NCBI RefSeq assembly: GCF_006345805.1
Contig: NW_021826314.1
Location: forward strand, 1 to 13,031
Direction of reading: 5' to 3'
Length of the DNA stretch: 13,031 nt
Source: Octopus sinensis
Lineage: Eukaryota
Shown here: piece after piece, positions 1-8,641 of the stretch
How the letters are laid out: each line of letters begins with the position of its first letter
Numbering within the stretch: the stretch's first letter is position 1
Position numbers and translations under genes: made by a program
Notes under the pieces: generated by a model
What the model saw: the letters and a program-made list of their open reading frames with translations, nothing else
Databases searched by the model: none
Told to the model about the DNA's origin: nothing

Positions 1-211
1 GTAGTAAGCACTTGTCAAGCTGTGCCACCTATGTTTTAAATCCCTCTCATGAAATTTCTCGAACCAGAATTTCAATGAAATCAAGGGCTGCAGCATAGTG
101 GATTTAAACTATTTCGGCAAATGAACTTATGAACGGATGAAAGTCAGCAAGCTGTCGCGGGTCAGGATCATGCAGTTAATTAGTGAACTACCGCTACCAT
201 ATATCGTCGTG

Positions 212-322
212 GCCAATCTGTGGTATTGAGCAGAACATTTGCTGCAGCCCATCTTTTATACCAAGACAAAATATGATAACACTTGCAATCAGTTGAGATT
301 AGAAGCCATGAAAGCCAGCGCC
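212..322 (-). repeat. Fragment of a probable dispersed repeat (family unassigned)
   Basis: Minus strand reads CTTTCATGGCTTCTAATCTCAACTGATTGCAAGTGTTATCATATTTTGTCTTGGTATAAAAGATGGGCTGCAGCAAATGTTCTGCTCAATACCACAG, which I recall as a recurrent repeat in Octopus assemblies. There is no second copy in this window, so this is unverified. Confidence 0.35.
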
Positions 323-892
323 GGATATTCATCATTATTATTTGATAGTTCTACGCCTGTTTCTTCCGCTTTACGAAGTGCATCACGTCCATGTTTCTAA
401 GGACCGTGTATTATCGTATTTTCATTGGTAGGGAGGGGCATGAATGTAGATCTGTGACAGTTTAACCATATCACTTTTGCTTCGTTTTAACGGATTTTTT
501 TCCTGATACATTTTTAATGTATTTTTTCTTGTCGTGAATTGAATTACTTGGTTGAACATCGGGTTACCAGCACTTCCTCTTGCAGTCAAGAAATGCTTTG
601 AAACACCGATTATGCTGTAAACATCTATGTTATTGTTCACAGTAGCTATATAAAACAAATAAACATACCTGTGTGTGCGCTTGTGTGGTGGTGGTGGTGG
701 TGGAGTGTGTGTCTGATTGGAGTATGTATTTCAGTGTTGGACAATTACTGTGTATGGCATGTAATGTGCGGTTTGTATAGAAGTAATGGGCTGCAGCTGC
801 GTAGTTAAGAGGGAATTTGGTGCCAGTGTCAGGTAACGGTAACGGTGTGAACCTGTTGTGTTTACTATTATTTTCGTTATTATTAATTTTTA

Positions 893-900
893 TTACTACA

Positions 901-970
<70 letters not shown>

Positions 971-971
971 T

Positions 972-1006
<35 letters not shown>

Positions 1007-1008
1007 TT
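893..1008. repeat. (ACT)n microsatellite
   Basis: Long near-perfect ACT run; it explains the poly-T, poly-Y and poly-S ORFs at 817-1143. Confidence 0.97.
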
Positions 1009-1031
1009 ATTTTTATTTTTATTTTTATGTA

Positions 1032-1215
1032 CGGTGGTTTGCTGAGATATTCGTTTGGAGGCGGGGTGCAATGCTTAGCGGCATTTCGTCCGTATTCACA
1101 TTGTCTTACATCCTTTCGGGGTCGGTTAAATAAGTACCAGTGAAATACTAGGGTTGAGGTAATCGACTACTCTCCTTCTCACAAAATTTCAGGCCTTGTA
1201 TCTTTTGTAGAAGAG
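1032..1215 (+). mobile_element. tRNA-derived SINE, family A (Meta-domain-like core), B-box region deleted, 3' tail variant 1 running into (ATT)n
   Basis: AATGCTTAGCGGCATTTCGTC matches the head at 1585-1600. CATCCTTTCGGGGTCGGTTAAATAAGTACCAG matches the core at 9499-9530. The 3' end CAGGCCTTGTA...AGAAGAGATTATT matches 8755-8789. The Meta-SINE domain assignment is from memory. Confidence 0.8.
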
Positions 1216-1540
<325 letters not shown>

Positions 1541-1547
1541 GTAATTT

Positions 1548-1629
1548 GGCGAACTGGCAGAATCGTTATAACGACGGGTAAAATGCTTAGCGGCATGTAG
1601 TCCTCTTTATGTTCTGAATCCCAAATTCC
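1548..1629 (+). mobile_element. SINE family A, 5' head only (tRNA-like region)
   Basis: Pol III A-box-like TGGCAGAATCG (1555-1565), then AAATGCTTAGCGGCAT, then TTCTGAATCCCAAATTCC (cf. TTCTGAGTTCAAATTCC at 8506-8522). Stops abruptly where the LINE sequence begins. Confidence 0.7.
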
Positions 1630-1631
1630 TC

Positions 1632-2907
1632 GATTCCATACAGTCATGCCATTTCTACTTTCAATTCGGAGTACTTGGTAATTTTTTTCAACCTCTTTAC
1701 TCACAACATTCTTGTCATTTGGTACGGCTCTCTTATTCAATTTAACAATATCCGGCCGACGGTGTTCGATTACACGATTCGTCTAAAAATCATAGTAGCA
1801 GAGTAACTTTACTTTTCCATCCTCCTGCATAACCTTACTTGGTACATGCTCACACCAGTTCTGTTACTTCATATTGGTATTTACGGCATAATAGCCACTG
1901 AAGATACATACACACTTTATCGTGGCGGCGTATTCTTTTTGTGCAAGGCTCTCACGTCCACTTACCAAGTGGGTCACATTTTCCACACTCTTTCCACAGA
2001 GTCTGCATTTCTGGGTGTCAGAAGTTTTATAGATGTTATACTTCACTGAATTGGTAGCGATAGCCTGGCCTTGCGCAGCAATGATCAGGCTTTCGGTAGT
2101 ATGCTTCAAATCACCTCGCCCAAGCCATGCCCACAATGCTGTACTATCATTAACTTCCTGTGTATTCCTCTCAAACTGTTCATGCATTCTCATTCCAAGA
2201 AGGTTTTCTTTTCTCTTCTCCTCAGCTCTTTGGTTAAACTCTTCCTTGTCCATGATTTCATCTGCATTTACACCCATATCTTTCGCGGCATATTGCAGCA
2301 GATCTGCATCACTATTTATCAAATACTTGGCAAGTGTTCTCCTTTCACTCCTTATACAATGGTCTCTACTAATTAGTCCTCTGCCACCAATCTTTCCTTT
2401 CATATACAGTCTGTTAACGTTCGCTTTAGAGTGTAGCTCTCCATGCAGCGTCATAAACTTTCTCGGTCCTTCTACCCAGTATTGATATTTCCTCCTTAGT
2501 CCAGTTGAGGATAGGCGTACTATATCTGACCACCGCAACTGTCCAGATATTCATTGCGGTAATCGAACTTTTAACATTCAGGTTGGATTTCAACCATCTT
2601 CACCCTTATTTGATACGCCCTGCTGACCTTGACTTTCATTTCTCTGTGTAGAATGTCATCCAGCTCCAAAATCTCTAAATATCTATACCCACTACCGTCC
2701 GGTTCACCCATGATCTCTCCTGATGGTAACTGCAATCCTCTGCAGGATGCTTTTTTCCCTCTCTTCATATTAAGTACTGAGTGTTTGGTAACCCCAAATT
2801 CAATACCGATGTCCCTACCAGACTTTTGGACTGTTTTGGTTAAGGAATCTATCTGTTCTTCAGATTTCCCAAATAATTTCAGGTCATCCATAAACAAAAT
2901 GGTTCAA
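1632..2907 (-). mobile_element. 5'-truncated, frameshifted non-LTR retrotransposon of RLE type (R4/Dong-like): RT C-terminal half, CCHC knuckle, restriction-like endonuclease
   Basis: Spliced across frameshifts: NH(L)LFMDDLKLF (RT catalytic motif, FMDD at 2883-2894); GYRYLEILELDDILHREMK; LKSNLNVKSSITAMNIWTVAVVRYSTPILNWTKEEI; LHSKANVNRLYMKGKIGGRGLI; WLGRGDLKHTTESLIIAAQGQAIATN; KCRLCGKSVENVTHLVSG(R) (last Cys lost); RHDKVCVYLQWLLCRKY; DF*TNRVIEHRRPDIV (RLE PD motif, ~1745-1790); KEVEKITKYSELKVEMA*LY. Multiple stops and frameshifts indicate a dead copy. Confidence 0.92.
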
Positions 2908-2911
2908 TGAT

Positions 2912-2913
2912 TA

Positions 2914-2967
<54 letters not shown>

Positions 2968-3000
2968 GTTGTTGTTGTTGTTGTTGTTCTTGTTATTATT
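2912..3000. repeat. (ATT)n grading into (GTT)n microsatellite
   Basis: Directly abuts the 5' truncation point of the LINE. Confidence 0.95.
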
Positions 3001-3113
3001 TTTGTAGCAGCTGCAGTAGCAGCGCTGCTGTTGCTGTTGATGGTGGTATAACAAGTTCTTAGCTTGGTATGTTGTGGTCGACAATGGTTGACCACAAAAA
3101 CACAAGAAGCACT

Positions 3114-3142
3114 TAGAGAGAGAAAGAGCAACATGTAGAGGA

Positions 3143-3207
<65 letters not shown>
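3114..3207. repeat. Interrupted (GA)n/(GT)n microsatellite
   Basis: Direct inspection. Confidence 0.9.
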
Positions 3208-3604
3208 ATGAACATGAGGGAAAGAGCGAGATCGACTGATAGATAGACAAATAGATAGGTTGACAAACAGACACACAGAGTCTTTTGAAAGTATTTGTTT
3301 TAACATTTCGCTCTTAACGAACTTACAGAAATTTATTGGTCGGCGCAAGGATGTTCTTATTATTATAACGCCAGTATACTATCTTCTACATCTGTTACCT
3401 ATTAGCCATTTCCTTCCTTTATTATGATATCCACAGGAGGCTAGGTGCCGTTATTTCACTCACTAGAATATGGCAAAGAGAAGCGTTGAGATTTTATTGG
3501 TTTCCACACACCTCATACGTTCCATATTCTGTTGACTAAGAAATAAAAGATGTTTTAAAAACTGCATGCCTGAATGTAGGTATGTGTATACGTATAGAAA
3601 TATA

Positions 3605-3682
3605 CGTATACATACATACATACATACATATATATATTATATAATATATATATATATATATATATATTATATTATATATATA

Positions 3683-3713
<31 letters not shown>

Positions 3714-3763
3714 TAATGTATATATATATATATGTATATGTATATGTATATATATATGTATAG

Positions 3764-3818
<55 letters not shown>

Positions 3819-3890
3819 CTATATATATATATACATATACTACATATACATATATCTATATATATTCTTATCTATCTATCTATATATATT
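3605..3890. repeat. Compound (TACA)n/(TA)n/(TATC)n microsatellite
   Basis: Direct inspection. Source of the poly-IY ORFs. Confidence 0.95.
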
Positions 3891-3894
3891 TCTG

Positions 3895-4125
3895 CTTTTC
3901 TTTTACTTGTTTCAGTCATTTGACTGCGGCCATGCTGGAGCACCGCTTTTAGTCGAACAAATTGACACCGAGACTTATTCTATCGGTCTTATTTCCCGAA
4001 CCGCTAAGTTACGGGGACGTAAGCACACAAACATCGGTTGTCATTGGGGTGGACAAACACAGACACACAACTACACAAACACACACACACAACTACACAA
4101 ACACACACACACACACATATATATA
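3895..4125 (-). mobile_element. SINE family B (CORE/OR-like), 3' half plus internal (TG)n/(TA)n; head missing
   Basis: TTTTACTTGTTTCAGTCATTTGACTGCGGCCATGCTGGAGCACCGC is identical to 4572-4617, and homology continues to GGACAAACAC. Confidence 0.9.
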
Positions 4126-4380
4126 CTAAGAAAATGGCACTCAGCACCTTTGTAGGTGTTACATATAATATTGCTTAAGACAGTTTTGATTCGGCTCCAC
4201 GCGACTTAAAGTATCACAGATTTCTAACAGGAACCTGACTCTTTCAGGCTCAGCTTACCGAATGAAGAAATACAGCAGGAAGTTCAAAACGGCCACTGGT
4301 GTCGCTGAAATGCCAATGTAAATTCTAACAGTACCATGTGACCTGCTGTGACCAATAGCAGTCTATCTTCCAGTAGTTCG

Positions 4381-4450
4381 TATCTTATTGTTAGCACTTA
4401 ACTCTAATCCATCCTGCGAAAATGTCAGACCATATTAAAAAATGTCTCAA
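4381..4450 (+). repeat. ~70-bp direct repeat, copy 1 (copy 2 at 5077-5149)
   Basis: TATCTTATTGTTAGCACTTAACTCTAATCCATCCTGCGAAAATGTCAGACCATATTAAA differs from copy 2 at 5 of the first 59 positions. Confidence 0.9.
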
Positions 4451-4561
4451 AGGAGTGCGTGTCGTGGAGTTCAGTTACATCCAACAAAACACTAAAGTTT
4501 TTCCCAAAATCCAGGGTTTTTATAAATGCTCAACTTGACTTTAAAGAATCGAAATCCATTA

Positions 4562-4752
4562 CTCTTTACTCTTTTACTTGTTTCAGTCATTTGACTGCGG
4601 CCATGCTGGAGCACCGCCTTTAGTCGAGCAAATCGATCCCGGGACATATTCTTTGTAAGCCCAGTACTTATTCTATCGGTCTCTTTTGCCGAACCGCTAA
4701 GTGACGGCGACGTAAACACACCAGCATCGGTTGTCAAGCAATGCTAGGGGGA

Positions 4753-4800
<48 letters not shown>

Positions 4801-4955
4801 CGAGAAGCTTCTTTCAGTTTCCGTCTACCAAATCCACTCACAAGGCATTGGGCGGCCCGGGGCTATAGCAGAAGACACTTGTCCAAGATGCCACGCAGTG
4901 GGACTGAACCCGGAACCATGTGGTTGGTTAGCAAGCTACATACCACAGAATCCTC
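4562..4955 (-). mobile_element. SINE family B (CORE/OR-like), near full length
   Basis: Minus strand: tRNA-like head CTGTGGTATGTAGCTTGCTAACCAACCACATGGTTCCGGGTTCAGTCCC (B box GGTTCAGTCC), CORE-like GGCATCTTGGACAAGTGTCTT, internal (TA)n(TG)n at 4756-4800, and 3' tail GGTGCTCCAGCATGGCCGCAGTCAAATGACTGAAACAAGTAAAAGAG. Colinear with 8822-9220. Confidence 0.9.
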
Positions 4956-5076
4956 ATGAGCAGTTATATTAACCAATGGAAAAACCGAAAATAATAATTC
5001 TTCGGCAATAAGACATTACGTCATATCGCCAATTCGCGCCGTATGTCAAAATGGCTAAAATGGCTACTTGCTACAC

Positions 5077-5149
5077 TATCGTATTGTTCGCACTTAACTC
5101 TAATCCATCCTGCTGAAATGTCAGACCATCTTAAACCATAATGCCTCAA
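5077..5149 (+). repeat. ~70-bp direct repeat, copy 2 (copy 1 at 4381-4450)
   Basis: TATCGTATTGTTCGCACTTAACTCTAATCCATCCTGCTGAAATGTCAGACCATCTTAAA...CTCAA. Confidence 0.9.
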
Positions 5150-5611
5150 TTCTCTTCAAACTGAAAACGCGGCAACACATTAAATAAAGCTGCATGCTTT
5201 TAATCTGTACGAAATCTGGATCGAGATGAACAAACTGGATGCAAATGAAACCCACATTGCGAAATATCCATGCATTGAAAACATGTTGGTCAGAGCTTTA
5301 AATTAAATATGCTGAATAACCAACTGTAGTTATAAAAACTGTGTAATATTTTTCTGTCTTTATTTTAATGTCTTGGATATTCATTTAGTAACTTGTTTAT
5401 GATCCAACGATGCGAAGCGAGGATTTACCCATCAGATGAAATAAACTGTAATTGTTTACCTTGAATAATTCCAGGTTATTCCCTAACATTCGAAGCGGTT
5501 AGCCATAACTTCGATTATATTAGCGTGCTTGAGCGGTACCTGCCTGGATCTATTATCTCTCTCTATTCAATATAAGTATAAATACTGTATATATATATAT
5601 ATATCTGTAAA

Positions 5612-5926
5612 TATATGTGACAATTATTCGGTAGCTATGATAAAACTCTGAGTGCCGGATGTCGGGGCGGAAACCCACGCCGGCATCTTTTCAGTTATCG
5701 GGCCATCAAAAAATGCTAAGAAAATGACCATTTAATTGAACAATGCAACCATTACATCAAGTTGAATGTAGAGCAATCCTCAGCTGCATAAATACATAGA
5801 ATTAAATTAAAACAGTTGGACACATTAGTATAATTTTACCTAAAAACCCCAAGAAGGTAAGGAGATAGACAAATCTACAATGAAAATTATTCGTAAATAT
5901 ATACGGCTGTATATATGTATGTGTAT
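5612..5926 (-). mobile_element. TA-microsatellite-embedded repeat island, probably a Penelope-like element terminal repeat remnant
   Basis: Non-coding island between (TA)n runs. It carries a hammerhead-shaped fold (5639-5699), and its end is duplicated in inverted orientation (6113-6167). Both are known PLE traits. No RT or GIY-YIG ORF is present, so the family call is an inference. Confidence 0.5.
5639..5699 (-). ncRNA. Degenerate type-I hammerhead ribozyme motif (probably inactive)
   Basis: Minus strand: GATAA-CTGAAAA-GATGCCGGCGTGGGTTTCCGCCCCGACATC-C-GGCA-CTC-A-GAG-T-T-TTATC. Stem I is GATAA/TTATC, stem II is GATG/CATC extended, stem III is CTC/GAG. The core has CTGAAAA for CUGANGA and GGCA for GAAA. 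Confidence 0.6.
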
Positions 5927-5940
5927 ATATATATATATAT

Positions 5941-5971
<31 letters not shown>

Positions 5972-5974
5972 ATA

Positions 5975-6017
<43 letters not shown>

Positions 6018-6041
6018 TATATATATATATTATATATATAT

Positions 6042-6111
<70 letters not shown>

Positions 6112-6167
6112 CATACACATACATATATACTGCCCTATATATTTACAAATAATTTTTATCGTAGATT
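5872..6167. repeat. Long inverted repeat: 55-bp arms around a (TA)n core
   Basis: 5872-5926 versus the reverse complement of 6113-6167 match at 50/55 positions. The core 5927-6112 is mostly self-complementary (TA)n. Confidence 0.9.
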
Positions 6168-6250
6168 CTGCCTGTGAATTTCCAGTCACAAGTTTTTGTT
6201 CAATACGATGCATTGACTAAAAAACGAAAATTACTGCATGTTACAACAAA

Positions 6251-6295
6251 GCGATATCGAACTCGGAACCACTTGGTCGTAATTCAAACATACAT
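6251..6295 (-). mobile_element. Short degenerate SINE head fragment
   Basis: Minus strand ACGACCAAGTGGTTCCGAGTTCGATATCGC resembles the family B head (AACCACATGGTTCCGGGTTCAGTCCC) with a B-box-like GAGTTCGAT. Confidence 0.35.
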
Positions 6296-6943
6296 CTAAA
6301 TAAGCGGTTTTTTTGCAATAACTAACATTAAATCATAGGTTGGGAGGAGGGGATAGAAAAGGTCGTGCTGTATTCTGTATTCTGACGCAGAATGTTAGAA
6401 TCAAAAAAAGTTTTTGTTGTAAGCGTTGTAGGTCGTTGCATGTCTCTTGTGCATTTTGTAATGCTTCTAATGAAGAATTGACAACCACAATACTACCATC
6501 TTGAAGCGAAGGTCGTTTGGTTAAGTGACTTTTACAAAGAAATATTTTTTACGCCTCATATTTTTTTTTCCAAATGCTAAATAACTAGAAAAGGTAGAAT
6601 AGCACTTAAACGGAAAGGATTATGAAGAGATTGGCTTTTTTTTTCTTTCTGATAAGGATGCGTTGCTATAGGAACCGAGCAGCCATTACTGCTATGTTTC
6701 ATTGAAACACTCGACCGACATTTTTTTCTTCCAAATCCGTATTATTCTCTAAAGTTTAAAAAAAACTCACACACACTAAAAAGTAGTATGTTTATTTTTT
6801 TTTATTATAAATGAGATCATAATACGTGTAAGATTGCTTTTCATTGGAGGAAATACAGTATTTAAAACTCGCTAGCATTTTCGTTAACCTTGTATGTACG
6901 CAAACACAGTTTAAAGTATTATATATTATAGTCTGTTAAATTT

Positions 6944-6983
<40 letters not shown>

Positions 6984-7026
6984 GTATATATATGTATGTA
7001 TATGTATATATATATACATATACATA
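6944..7026. repeat. (CA)n(TA)n compound microsatellite
   Basis: Direct inspection. Confidence 0.9.
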
Positions 7027-7131
7027 CCTTCCTTCCTCCTTCCCTTCTTTCCTGAGCGTCCAATAATACTTTATTTGTTCCACGTCCTCGCGTTGCTGTG
7101 TTTTTTTTGTGTTTTCTTGTTTGGATTAACT
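7027..7131. repeat. TA-flanked dispersed repeat island (possible Penelope-like terminal fragment)
   Basis: CCTTCTTTCCTGAGCGTCCAATAATACTTTATTTGTTCCACGTCCTCGCGTTGCTGTG...GGATTAACT lies between two TA-rich microsatellites. I recall it as a recurrent Octopus repeat; unverified. Confidence 0.4.
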
Positions 7132-7140
7132 TTAACTACA

Positions 7141-7177
<37 letters not shown>

Positions 7178-7298
7178 TTATGTATGTATGCCCGTATGTG
7201 TGTGTATTTGTGTGCGTGTGTACACAATCTTTGTGGAATCCGAGCACATATTAAGAATTGTATATGTAAATACTTTATGTAATTTTCTCTTACTGTCA

Positions 7299-7306
<8 letters not shown>

Positions 7307-7351
<45 letters not shown>

Positions 7352-7417
7352 TGTCATCATCGTTATGGCGATAAACATTACTATTGCTGTTATTAATAAT
7401 AGAAGAAGAAGAAAAAA

Positions 7418-7449
<32 letters not shown>

Positions 7450-7512
7450 AGAAGAGGAGAAGAAGAAGAAGAAGAAGAAGAAGAAGAAGAGAAGAAGAAG
7501 AAGAAGAAGAAG

Positions 7513-7547
<35 letters not shown>
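7307..7547. repeat. (TAA)n, then (GAA)n, then (CAA)n microsatellite cluster
   Basis: TAA run 7307-7350, GAA-rich run ~7402-7512, CAA run ~7513-7547. Source of the poly-I/K/R/E/Q ORFs. Confidence 0.95.
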
Positions 7548-7589
7548 AATGAAGTAGATGAGTAAAGAAGATTTTGGCACAAAGACAAT

Positions 7590-7813
7590 CTTGGAAATAC
7601 TTTGTGTCTTAAGGAAATTGACAGAAACACAATGATAAAGTATGAAGGAAAAATTTGAAGAAGTAATTCTAATCGAGAGACATTAGATTAAGTCTTAAAA
7701 CAGAGTTAAATGACAAACATAAGATAATAGGTATCAATACTTTAGCTGTTCTAGTAATAAGTAAGAGTTATGTCATTGTGAAATGGAAGCTAAGTGAATT
7801 AGAGACGACTTGA
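7590..7813 (+). pseudogene. Second R4/Dong-like LINE fragment (post-RT region)
   Basis: Frame 7685-7810 reads RLSLKTELNDKHKIIGINTLAVLVISKSYVIVKWKLSELE, homologous to LKSNLNVKSSITAMNIWTVAVVRYSTPILNWTKEEI in the first LINE. Just upstream, KHNDK/MKEKF matches LHREMKVKV across frameshifts. Confidence 0.7.
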
Positions 7814-8036
7814 TGGGCCAAGAAGTGGAATAAAGACATTTGGAATGGTACCGCTAAAACGCTTGACACAAAAACGATATACTGGACTGCGAATACGAGG
7901 AGGTATAGGTCTTCTTTAATTTGAAATTTATTCTAGTATTTGTAGTAGGATATAATGACTGTCTGGTACGGAATAGAGAAAGTAATAAATAGTAAACGAA
8001 GAAGCAAAAAGAAGAGAAAAAAAACAGTGTAAATCA

Positions 8037-8040
8037 GTAT

Positions 8041-8077
<37 letters not shown>
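8037..8077. repeat. (TA)n microsatellite
   Basis: Direct inspection. Confidence 0.9.
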
Positions 8078-8488
8078 CAACTATATTCTGTCTTGATGGA
8101 AGCCAACTAATAAAGCATAGTGTCTGAGTTGAGTGACAGCTGTAAAGAGAAAGAGAGATAATAACAGAAAGTATTAAAGATCTAAGAATTAAATTATAAA
8201 TAGGATGATAAAATGCCGTGCGAAGTAAGCAAGAACAAAGAAACTTCAGCCAGGCTGGAAGAGAACGGTGCTGAGAAAAAGTTAAGTGAGTAAAACTTGA
8301 AATTACTTCTGGGTATTTTGGCGGTGTCTTGTGAGGTAAGTGATCAGATCTGATAGCGGGTGTTGAAATTACAATAATTACAGCTGAGGGGTGAAAAAAA
8401 ATACTCAAGAATGTGGAGATGAAACGGAAACTGTTTTCAAATTTTTTCTTTTTATTTTATTTCAAATTTTTATTTCTTATTTTTATTT

Positions 8489-8641
8489 ATTCGTCTGCCG
8501 TTACGTTCTGAGTTCAAATTCCGCCAAGGTCCATAAATTAAGTACCAGTTACGCACTGGAGTCGATGTAATCGACTTAATACATATGTCTGTCCTTGTTT
8601 TTCTCCTCTATGTTTAGCCCCTTGTGGGTAATAAAGAAATA
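8489..8641 (+). mobile_element. SINE family A body, headless, 3' tail variant 2
   Basis: TCGTCTGCCGTTACGTTCTGAGTTCAAATTCCGCC (B box), TAAGTACCAGTTACGCACTGG, and 3' TGTTTAGCCCCTTGTGGGTAATAAAGAAATA. Matches 9466-9623 apart from a ~27-bp internal deletion in the core. Confidence 0.85.

Noticed and set aside
669-796. Candidate 128-nt minus-strand exon with a CAG|GTATGT donor and one open frame (AAHYFYTNRTLHAIHSNCPTLKYILQSDTHSTTTTTTQAHTQ)
   Set aside because: Partly low-complexity with no recognisable protein. It is phase-incompatible with the 46-nt upstream candidate, and the next acceptor would give only a 54-nt intron.
1846-2910. Plus-strand ORFs 1846-2049, 2033-2485, 2071-2376 and 2629-2910
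   Set aside because: They are antisense shadows of the LINE coding sequence.
3075-3096. Hairpin GTGGTCGAC-AATG-GTTGACCAC
   Set aside because: An isolated 9-bp stem with no supporting context; expected by chance in 13 kb.
3324-3390. Minus-strand donor-like TCT|GTAAGT at ~3326
   Set aside because: No good upstream acceptor, and all three frames contain stops.
3566-4155. IY-rich ORFs here and at 5887-6213, 6982-7630, 9469-9903 and 10512-11038
   Set aside because: Artefacts of (TA)n, (AGAT)n, (GAA)n and SINE sequence; no coding signal.
8080-8430. Purine-rich stretch that faintly resembles the pre-RT region of RLE LINEs (…ITAEG/KKILKN…)
   Set aside because: Many stops and only a few matching residues; cannot be supported without tblastx.
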